64,000 nt of DNA from Malacoraja senta. Taxonomy: Eukaryota. The notes beneath the pieces were generated by a model, which was not told the DNA's origin, did not search any database, and saw nothing but the letters and a program-made list of their open reading frames with translations. The DNA is taken from the NCBI GenBank assembly GCA_038087875.1, contig CM075988.1, positions 6,760,001 through 6,824,000 on the forward strand. Reading direction: 5' to 3'. Position numbers and translations under genes: made by a program. This document shows positions 53,988 through 64,000 of the stretch, one piece after another; the first letter of the stretch is position 1; the number at the start of each line of letters is the position of its first letter.

Positions 53988-54284
53988 AATGCATTCTAGT
54001 AGTATGTGTAATGATGTTTATGTAATGGAGTGTTGCGTATCAGATAACAGCCTGTTAATTTTCCGTTTTAAGCTATGCCCTCTGCCTGACATTTTTCTGT
54101 ACCACTTACTGAGTAGCAACAACTGCCCTGTGTCTATTTTGGGATTAGACCGTGACAGCCCCTCTCTCTTCTGCACTTTAATCACCTGACAGCACAACAT
54201 GCAGGACATTGATGCAATAATGTTTAGCTGGTGAGGACCAGCCTCATGGTTGGCACCATCACAGAACGACCAAGAACGTCTCAC

Positions 54285-54556
54285 CTTCACGGGCATGCGG
54301 GTCACTCTCTCCTGACGGACGCTGGGCTGGACCCCACCTTTATCCTTCTTTTTCTTCTTCATTGACTCCCGGTGTTCCTTCTGCTTGTTCTGCACCTCGA
54401 TGAGTATGGAGATGAAGCTGTTCTTCACTTCCTTCTCAAACTCGAGCTCATCGCGCAGTGCCAGCTGTTGTATCAGCTCCTCCGAGTAATCTTTAATGGC
54501 CAGCTCAATCCGCACCAGCAGCTCGCCCACTTCTGCCTCTGTCATCAGTTTAACAT
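54285..54556 (-). CDS. FEZ1/FEZ2: FEZ (fasciculation and elongation protein zeta / UNC-76 family) internal coding exon, coiled-coil region, 272 nt, phase 1 to 0
   Basis: Translates (D)VKLMTEAEVGELLVRIELAIKDYSEELIQQLALRDELEFEKEVKNSFISILIEVQNKQKEHRESMKKKKKDKGG...RMPVK; contains the FEZ signature QQLAxRDELEFEKEVKNSFI; acceptor ggtgcag|AT, donor AAG|gtgaga. Confidence 0.95.
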
Positions 54557-54944
54557 CTGCACCAGCAAAACACAACAGCACGCTTCAAGGTTTGTGATCC
54601 AAAGCCACTCAATTCTTCCTTATAAGTTTATTTTCTTTGAATTGAATTGAATACTTTATTGTCACATGCGACAAGCCTCAGTGACATTCTTTGCTTGCAT
54701 CCCCAAGGTATACAAATAGTCGCCCATAAAGGACACTTACAAAGTTACAAATTCCCCAACCCTGCACATGTTCCCCCTTTGTTCTTCCCCCCTCCCCTCT
54801 CTCTTATGGCGCCCCCCCCACTCCGGTTCATCCGTTGTCCATTGTTATTCCCCCTCCCTCACGGCAACCCCGGAAGGCATCTGCCACCGCGGCACCTGTA
54901 GTGTATGTGTGTATCGCGAACCCTCAGTTTAGTATCAGTCAAAT

Positions 54945-55518
54945 GGAGACATAAGGAACTGCAGATGCTGAAATCTTGAGCATAAACCCAAAGTGCTGGA
55001 GTAACTCAGCGGATCGGGCAGCATCTGTGGAGGGATTGCACAGGTGACGTTTCGGGTCAGGGCCCTTATTCAGTCTGATTGTAATAAGAGGGAGAAAGCT
55101 GGAAGAGAGGTGCGGTGGGGGATGGGACGGAGGTTGGGAATTGAAAGGTGGATAGGCACAAAATGCTGGAGTAACTCAGCGGATCAGGCAGCATCTCTGG
55201 AGAAAAAGTATAGGTGATGTTTCGAGTTGGAACCCTTCGAAGGAAGGAACTGTAAATGCCGGTTTATACCGAAGGGTTCCGATCCGAAACATCACTTTTT
55301 CCTTTTCTCCAGAAATGCTGCCTGACCCGCTGAGTTATTCCAGCATTTTGTGTCTGCCTTCGGTATAAACCAGCATCTGCAGTTTCTTCATACACAAGTG
55401 ATAGGTGGATAGTGGTGGTGAGGGCTGGGGAGGGGGGTGGGGGGGAGGTTCATGGAAGAGATGACAAAGGCTAGAGATGAAAAGGAGACAAAAGGGCGTC
55501 AGATAAGTCGAGAAGTGA
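54945..55518 (-). mobile_element. Penelope 3' UTR and terminal repeat with a nested fold-back unit (~55155-55395); truncated by the gap
   Basis: Terminal repeat at 54950-55077; purine-rich UTR on the + strand similar to 2495-2760. Confidence 0.6.
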
Positions 55519-55718
55519 NNNNNNNNNNNNNNNNNNNNNNNNNNNNNNNNNNNNNNNNNNNNNNNNNNNNNNNNNNNNNNNNNNNNNNNNNNNNNNNNNN
55601 NNNNNNNNNNNNNNNNNNNNNNNNNNNNNNNNNNNNNNNNNNNNNNNNNNNNNNNNNNNNNNNNNNNNNNNNNNNNNNNNNNNNNNNNNNNNNNNNNNNN
55701 NNNNNNNNNNNNNNNNNN
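55519..55718. other. Assembly gap (200 N)
   Basis: Run of N. Confidence 1.
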
Positions 55719-56249
55719 GTTTTGAATCTATCCACGTGAGGAAGTTATGACACTGAAGGTCTTTCCGACACCCTGGCCTCACCGGGGAGAGGCTGAGCTG
55801 ACTTTGGAAAGTGAACGACAGTAATTGTAAATTTTTCGCAAATAAAGGTTATTTTCTAAAACTCTACCAGCCATGCTGTTTAATGCAATACCTTAATACT
55901 TTAATACAATACTCTTCACCTTGCTCAGGGATTTGTGTGTGTGTCGGAGATTCGTCTGCTCTGGAGCCATTGCAGTGTGAAAGATGAGATATGTGAAGAC
56001 AATGCGATAGATAGATAATGTAAAATGCTACGAAACGCACTACCCTGCTGAGTACCAGGTGATCTAAGGCACGCAAGTCGCAGATTCTGCACAGCTACAG
56101 ATTGTTAGCTTCAGAGGCGCTAAAATCAACAGTCTAAATGTGGTGGTACAGCATCGGATCGCCAGGTTGTGTTAAACCTGTTACCGAGGCTGAGGCAGAA
56201 CTTTAAGGAGCATCCTCACAGATGAACAGAAAGAATGGCCCCTCTCCAA

Positions 56250-56570
56250 GTTCAGTTTTTAGATTCGTTTTAGAGATACAGCGCAGAAACAGGCCCTTCA
56301 CTCACTGAGTCCGCGCCGACCAGCAATCCCCGCACACTACTAACGCTATCCTACACACACCGAGGGACAATTTACAATTTTACCAAGCCAATTAACCTAC
56401 AAACCTGTACATCTTTGAAGTGTGGGAGGAAACTGGAGATCCTGGAGAAAACCCACGCAGGTCATGGGGGGAACGTACAGACTCTGCACAGACAGCACCC
56501 GTAGTCAGGATTGAACCCGGGTCCTCTGGCGCTGTGGGGCAGCAATGGTACCACTGCGCCACCGTGCCAC
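56250..56570 (-). mobile_element. SINE copy (others at ~47640-47905 minus, 51611-52693 minus, 59190-59340 minus, 63727-64000 plus)
   Basis: Same motifs. Confidence 0.75.
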
Positions 56571-58090
56571 CCTATACTCGACACATCGCTTACAACTTAA
56601 AATAAAATCTGCAATTTTTCAGACTTGCCTTAACGCTGGGATCTCAAAATCCAGCCCCTCTGGCACTCCTTTCTTGCCTCAGAATGTCTCTGCGTTTTCT
56701 GAGTTGCAGTCTGGTGGAAACTTGTGATGGGGATAGTCTGGCAAGTCTTGTGCTAACTCAATGCTAATTATATCCAATGCTAATTGGCCTTGCTCTCGTA
56801 CCAAGTGCAGGGGCCACACAGCCATGCGTACAGCGGTCGGCAGCATCTGCCTTTTGCCCCATGATTTGCATTTCCTTGCAGGACAATGGGTCCTTTCAAA
56901 TACCACCCTGCTGCTGTCATTCGGGAAGCGATGATCTGATCTAATTTGGCAGCAGTTCAAAATAAATCTAAAAATAAATGATTCTGCCTTTCCAATATTT
57001 AATCTTCCCGTGGGTCTCCAGTAGTAGACACAATTCGGGATTCGATATCATAGAAATGGGTCATCTTACCAATAGGTTTTGTACGAGTGTTGATATCCCA
57101 GTTAAAGGTTTCTGACTCCACATTATCGGTTTGGTTTTATACCAGACATGAATACATCATCTCGTGCAAAGGAAACCAAACAGAATGCAGAATCTAACAC
57201 TGCAGCCACGGAGAAAGTGCAGATTGAAAGAAAACTGCAAGAGCTCCAACAAGATAGATTGGAAGATCAGGAGTTCATCCCCAACATTTGAGAGGTCCGT
57301 TCGAGAGTCTGAGAACAACAGTGAAAAAGCAGCTTTTCAATCTGGTGGCACGTGCCTTCAAGCTTTTATATCTTCTGACTGATGGGAGAGGGGGGAGGAG
57401 GGAATGACTGGGGAGTTAGTGGTCCTAAATATATTGGTTGCTTTCCCAAAGTAACGTACAGTATAGGTGGTGTCAAAGTACAGTAAATGTGGTGTCAGCA
57501 TGGAGGGGGTGGTGGAGAGATTGGTTTGTGTGATGGACTGAGCTGCGTTCACAACTCCCTCCAATTTTTGTACAGTTCCCATTAAAAAGCTGTGAAGCAT
57601 CCGGTTAGGATGCTCTCTGCTGTACATCTTAAAGAACTGGTCAGATTCACTGGAGCTAAGCCGAATTTCCTAAGCCTTCTGAGGAAGTAGAGGCATTGAT
57701 GTGTGATTTTTTGATGTGGCTCAACGATGATAAATTGTTGCTGATATTTATAGCTCGGAACTTATTTCATCTAACCCTAACATAATTTCTAATTGTTTTT
57801 TATCATTCAGATGAACTATTCAAGAAATATATCTGAGCCGGGAGGAGTTTTCCAGCTTATGGTTTTCAGCTCACCGATGCTGGTTCACCAATAAGGAGGC
57901 AAAGTGGTCGAGGAACTCAGTGGGTCAGGCTGCATCTCCGGTACACTGTCTATGTTCTCCAGTGATGCTGCACTTTGCGTCTCTCTGTGTAACCGTGTGT
58001 TAAACTGCCATTGCCTGTGTCAGAGCACTGCGTAGGAAGGAACTGCAGATGCTGGTTTAAACCGAAGATAGACACAAAAAGCTGGAGTAA

Positions 58091-58625
58091 AAGGGCCTGT
58101 CCCACGAGCATGCGACTGCATGTGGCTAGCGCGACCTAACGTGGTCGCTTGAGCCGTACGGCCTCGCGGGGCCGGTCCCACTTCGATCGCCGGAGCCGTA
58201 TGGAGTTGTGCGGAGGCTGGTCCCGACATCGCGCGGGGCTCCGAAAAACTGACTGTGTTCAAAAATTCGCGCGGCAGAGGCCTGTCGGCCCGCAGCCGCA
58301 TGGAGGCCGCACGCACCGCCTCGACGCCGTACGCAGCGTCTTGACGCCGAACGCAGCGTCTTGATGCTGTATGCAGCGTCTTGACGGCGTACACATAGTG
58401 CGTGGCGTTGCGCGATGACATCACCGCCCGGCGTGCCGTTGTGTGATGACGTAACCGCCCGACGCCTGCCCAGCTGATTGGTGAGTAGATGTCGGGACCA
58501 GCCCCGCACAACTCCAGACGGCTCCGCGGTTGGAAGTGGGACTGGCCCCGCGAGGCTGTACGGCTCAACCCATCACGTTTGGTCGCGCTAGACGCATGCA
58601 ATCGCATGCTGGTGGGACAGGCCCT
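58091..58625. mobile_element. PIF/Harbinger-type MITE, core E, nested in a PLE repeat
   Basis: Splits gctggag|TAA[MITE]TAA|ctcagcggg; internal 20-bp tandem unit x3 at ~58333-58390. Confidence 0.85.
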
Positions 58626-60698
58626 TAACTCAGCGGGCCAGGCAACATCTCTGGAGAGAAGGAATGGGTGACGTTACGGGCGAGACCCTTCTTCGGGTCT
58701 CCTCCCGAAACGTCACCGTTCCTTCTCTTCAGAGCACTGTTCTCTGTTGAAGTGTTGTGGTTTTTCACAACTGTCAACGTGATGCACAGCAAGTGTGATG
58801 GTGGTGAGCAGATGTTAAAGGGAAGTCGCACAGTAGAGGCCAGTGTTCTTCCAGCTACAGGGGGAGGTTGTGATCAGTTATTGGATCGTTGTGAATGGGT
58901 GGGAGAATGGGCCCAGGAGGACAAAGGCACTTGGATAAGGTGTCAAAGAATAGTGCTCACAGTTTGCATGTTCAAACATAAGCCAAGGAGACTCGTCTGT
59001 ATTCCTGGCAGAACGCAATGATGTAAGTGCAGTCTCCAAATGCCTGCATAATGGAGAGATCTGCACGGCAGGCAAATAATACCTGTTCTCACAAAAGGAC
59101 ACAAAGTGTTGGAGTAACTCAGCGGGTCAGGCAGCATCTCTGGAGGACATGGATAGGTGACGTTTTGGGTCGGGACCCTTCCCAAATTAAGTGTGGGAGG
59201 AAACCGAAGATGTCGGAGAAAATCCACGCAGGTCACGGGGTGAACGTACAAACTCCATACAGACAGCACCTGTAGTTAGGATCGAACCCGGGACCGAGTC
59301 TCTGATGCTGTAAGGCAGCAAATCTAATGCTGCGCCGCCCAGATTTGATTTCGATTTTGGGGCAATTGAATTGCAGGTTGCAGCAAGTGAACAAGCTGGA
59401 AAAGGTCCAGTTGAAATTCTATTTGGAATATTTTGGAGGACCAGGAAACCAAGAACCAGGGTGCAGGGAAGATTTACGAGGATGTGGCCAGGACTCCCGG
59501 GCCTGAGCTATAGGAGGGGGTTGAGCAGGCCAGGACTTTATTCCTTGGAGTACAGGAGGATGAGTGGTGATCATGTGGAGGTGTATAAAATCATGAGAGG
59601 AGCAGGTCGGGTAAATGTACAGAGTCTCTTGTGCAGAGAAGGGCAATCAAGAACCAGAGGACATGGGTTTAAGGTGAGGGGGGAAATGATTTAATAGGAA
59701 CCTGAGGGGTAACAAATGGTGGTGGGTGTATGCAATGAGTTGCCGGTGGAGGTAGATGAGACAGGTACTATCATAACATTTAAAAGACAATTAGACAGGT
59801 GGGCAGATGGGACTAATGTAGATGGGGACATGTTGGTTGGAGCAAGCAAGTTGGGCCGAAGGGCGTATTATTTCCACGCTGTATAACTATGACTCTATTT
59901 AGAGGCCCCACACAAATTGGAGGAATAGTACCTTATATTATGCAAGTCGTATTAGTATTGAATTCTCCAATTTTTAGGTGACACTCTCCTTTCACCCCCC
60001 CCCCCCCCCCCATTCCATGTATCCCACCCATTTATCCCACTATCCTGGCGCTCATTCCCTTCCTCCCCCCCAATCCCTTCCACTTATATCCCATCTTTCA
60101 GCTTCTCATTTCACTTCTCTTCTCTCCTTGTCTTACACCCTTTGTCTCCTGTTCATCTGCTCCTCTGTCCACCCATCTACCAATTAACCCCTTGCTGATT
60201 CACTCACATGGAGGTTGCAGACTGTCCTTGCCTGTCTGGCTTACACTGACTCTTCCTGCAAGGCCAGGGCAACTTCTACATTACCCTCTGAACCCCAGTT
60301 CAGGGAAAAGCTTGTTAAGCCAACATCCTGAGAATTAATTCGAAAGCAAAAAAGTCCCAGAGGAAAGAAAATCAATACTTAAAGTGGCAACGACCAACAC
60401 AAAGAATGACCAATACAAAGTCTAAAGGTGGAAAAAAATGCTGGAGAAACTCAGCGGGTGAGGCAGCATCTATGGAGCGAAGGCAATAGGTGACGTTTCG
60501 GGTCGACCCGAAAAGTCACCCATTCCTTCTCTCCAGAGATGCTGCCCATTCCGCTGAGTTACTCCAGCATTTGTGTCTATCTTCGATTTAAACCCGCATC
60601 TGCAGTTCCTTCCTACACAAAGAATGAGTTATCCATTCACTGATAAATTCACAATGATGATGCATTTTTACTGAAGGTGTTTCTTTTCCGTAGCCTGA

Positions 60699-60910
60699 AG
60701 GGCCTGTCCCACTTAGGCGTCATTTGTGCGTCACGCAGATGGCGCGCGAAGATTTTTGAACATCCCAAAATCCTGGGCGCCGCGCGCGACCGCGCGTTGC
60801 TACCTATGTCGCCACGCAACATGCACGCATCACGTGCGTCGTCCGTCGTGACGCGTAAATCATGTCGCGTACATTTTACGCGCAAATGACGCCCAAGTGG
60901 GACAGGCCCT
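60699..60910. mobile_element. PIF/Harbinger-type MITE, core B
   Basis: Same TIR; TSD TGA/TGA. Confidence 0.85.
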
Positions 60911-63900
60911 TGAGACATTGCTGAATCGTTCTCCTAACTGTGGGACGCATTATTACTCCTCCAATTCAGTTGAATTGTATCACAGAACAGATTGGTAAAA
61001 AGCAACACCATGGCTGTAAAATTATGCCTGAGTAATTCATACATGCCTGAAGATTCCCAGTGACATTTTCCTGGCAGCAATGGTTTGTTAAATTGAGAAT
61101 TTCAGATTAAAGGATATTTTGAGAAGCTATTTCAAAGCTTATGGAATGATGATAATGAGGTAATTGGCTAAGCTCTCAACGTATGTCAGCTATTACTCAA
61201 CTCATCCTCAGGTATATATAAAAAGGAATAAAAAGACACGATGTGCTGGGGTAGCTCAGCAGTTCATCTGAATCCATTCACATCTTAAAATGTTCCAATT
61301 ATATTTCATGTTGTGTACAGATGCCAACTCAAGAGCTGAAAACTCAGGATGTGGCAAGACACATAGAAGACACATTGCAGTAGAGAGGCAGATGAGGAGG
61401 AAGCAATTTCACACAATAAGTGCTGCTGATTGCCAGAATATAAAGCAGCCTGTTCAGTGAGACACTCACTTCCTTCCTTCTGGGGTAGCTTATTGAGACC
61501 CCTTGAAGGAGAATGGATTTGCAACAAATTAGGTGAATAACTCACTCATTTTTAAGCTACACGTTACATGGAATTTACAGCCACAGGAACCCGCCATTTG
61601 GCCCATCGCTCTGTGCTGGCATTGATGACAGGCTCCACATTTAAATCGTTCATTGCATAAAGAACTTTCAGCTATGGTGGGCATGAGCTAACAGCAGGGC
61701 AAATGCCAGTTTTAACAAACTTTCACTGTCACCCTCTATCCTTATTTCTATTTCCTTTGGCAGCAACAGGCACATCAGCAAGGCCATGAGACAATCTCAA
61801 CTCCAGATAAACCAGAAGCCTTCGAGCTGACAATATAGGGAAAAAATACGTCAACTGGTCTTATCAATGCCTGTTGGGAATGGAGTACTAGCAGTGAGAT
61901 GCCCACCTCCTATTGATTAGAGGGTGAAGCCATGGGTGAGGCAAAGGGAGCAAGGACTGAGGTGGCCAAGGTGGTCGGCAGCAGAAGTGAGGCCGGCTCC
62001 TTGGCACCTTCTGGAGGCCTGCCAGGCCCCAGATGCCAGGCCCCAGATGCGGAGCCCGCATCTGGGCCTGGCTTGGCGTCATGGAGGCGTCTGGAGAGGA
62101 CCCGGCAGCGATAGTGGAGATGTCGATGCGGCACTCGATGATGGCGCCACGACTGACGGACGAGGAAGTGACGAGGCCGCTGCCGGGGGAAGGAACAAAG
62201 GAGGACCCCGTGTGGACCGTCCGCCGTGAGGGAGGGGGGAGAACAATGGACAATGGGGGACCCAGCAGGGGGTACTTTGTAACTTTGTCAGCGGCCTTTA
62301 TGGGTGACTACTTGCATACCTTGGATATGCAAGCAAAGAATTTCACTGTGACCTATGACATGACAATAAAATATTCATTCATTCAAGGATTTAAGCATCT
62401 GTATGAATACTTGAATCACCCAAGGCACAGAATACTATGGACTCAGTGCTGGTCAATGGAATTACTCTATAATACCCCCTCCCCAGGCTTTAGTTTAGTC
62501 TATTATCGCATGTACCGAGGTACAGTGACATTTTTTGCAGCATGCTATCCAATCTGCTGAAAGACAATACATGATTACAATTGTGTACTAAAGTCAGGGG
62601 CTGGGGGGGTGGGGGTATCATAAAATCATTGAACACTTCAACCCGCCATGTCCATGCCGACCATTAAGTGGCCATCTGCGCTATTCCCATTTACCGTGCA
62701 TGGTGTATAGATACATGATAAGGAAAATAATGTTCTAGTGCAAGATAAAGTCTAGTAATGTCTGTTTAGAGATAGCCCGAAGGTCCCATTAGGTAGATAT
62801 TAGTTCAGAACTACCTCTCTAGTTGTTGGTAGAATAGTTCAGTTGCCTGATAGCAGCTGGGAAAGAAACTGTCTCTGAATCTGATGGTGTGCGTTTTTCA
62901 CACTTCCTGTACCTCTTGCCTGATGGGAGAGGGGAGAAGAAGGAGTGATCGGGTTGAACTCATCCTTGATCAAGCTGGTGGCCTTGCTGTGGCAGCCTGA
63001 AGTGTAATTGAGTTGAATTGGAAGGGAGGTCGGTTTGTGTGATGGTCTGGGCTGCATCCACAATTCTCTGCAATTTCTTGTGGTCTTGGATGGAGCTGTT
63101 CCCAAACCCATGCTGTGATGCATCCCGACCAAATGCTTTCTATGGCGCATCTGTAGAGTTGGTGAGAGTTGACGGGGACATGCCAAACTTCCTAAGCCTT
63201 CTAAGGAAGTATTTGCATTAAACAGCATTGATGGTAGAGTTGCAGAAAAGCAGCTCTATCTGCAAAATTTAATTCATAATTACTAGCATTGGCTTTCCAT
63301 AGCCAGCTCTGCCTCCCTCGGGGAGGCCAGGCTGTTGGACGGACCTTCTGTGTCATAAATTCTTCACGTGGGTAGATTCAAAACAAGTCATAAAATATAA
63401 AGTTGGCTAAGTCTGAGCTGTAATCTGAGTCCCGCTGCCAAATCGAACCTTGCAGACCGAGCAGTCTTCCCCACTATCCCCAAGGGCTCCAATGCTGCCA
63501 AGAGCAGTGACTGGTCGAGAATAAATCTCCACCTCTGTTGTCGCCAAGTCACATCGCAGAGAAACACTGAGAAACAGAGTAGTGCGTGTATATAGTATAC
63601 ACTGGTTTCTGCTCTGTGTTAGATGGCCTCTCGTGCATATTTCAGCCATATTTAGATGTGGAGTCGAGGCTCGGAGCTTTAATAAAGAGGACGCATAACG
63701 AGGTAAATGTTAGTCTCACTTACACCTGGTAGAGCTGCTGCCTCACAGCGCAATCGATCTGGGTTCGTTCCTGACCTCGAGTGCTGTCCATGTGGTGATT
63801 GCACGTTCTCCCTGTGACAACATGAGTTTCCTCTGGGTGCTCCTGTTTCCTCCCACATCCCAAAGATGTGCAGGTTTTGTAGGTTAATTGGTCCTCTGTA

Positions 63901-64000
63901 AAATTACCCGCGGGTGTGTCGGAAGTGAATGAGAAAGTGGATAACCTAGAACTAGTGTGAGTGTGTGATTGATGGTTGGTGTGGACTCATTGGGCAAAAG

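Noticed and set aside
54018..54284. ORF-track extension of the FEZ exon (VRRSWSFCDG...)
   Set aside because: Read-through past the AAG|gtgaga donor into the intron; FEZ similarity resumes at 47043.
58020..58607. 195-aa and other GC-rich ORFs (40312-40701, 50234-50802, 62033-62560, 1266-1843)
   Set aside because: They lie within CpG-rich MITE or non-autonomous element cores; no transposase or other recognisable motifs.

Overview
Eukaryotic, repeat-dense vertebrate DNA, most likely a cartilaginous fish (inferred from the SINE/CR1/Penelope/Rex repertoire), with two 200-N assembly gaps. One gene is clear: the last five coding exons of a FEZ/UNC-76 family gene on the minus strand (54556 down to 39757, ending ...DYILKVLCPT*), whose 5' exons lie beyond the right edge. 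Downstream on the same strand are an unidentified 287-aa single-exon ORF (27442-26579) with an upstream spliced exon, and a set of look-alike frame-preserving micro-exon candidates (17215-17180, 9012-8977, 7669-7649) that suggest an unannotated gene. The rest is mobile DNA: tRNA-headed SINEs, CR1, Rex/Babar-like and Tx1-like LINE fragments, Penelope-like elements (PLEs; GIY-YIG and RT pieces), ten PIF/Harbinger-type MITEs sharing one 14-bp TIR over about five unrelated cores, and a 1-kb TIR element. The most striking non-gene signal is the PLE 3' repeat. It carries a minimal hammerhead-ribozyme core (CTGAnGA-A-stem II-GAAAC-GTC) and has spread as ~180-250-bp fold-back units, some with a core on each strand, bounded by 11-18-bp target-site duplications. 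Family names come from recognised motifs, not database searches, and repeat boundaries are approximate.
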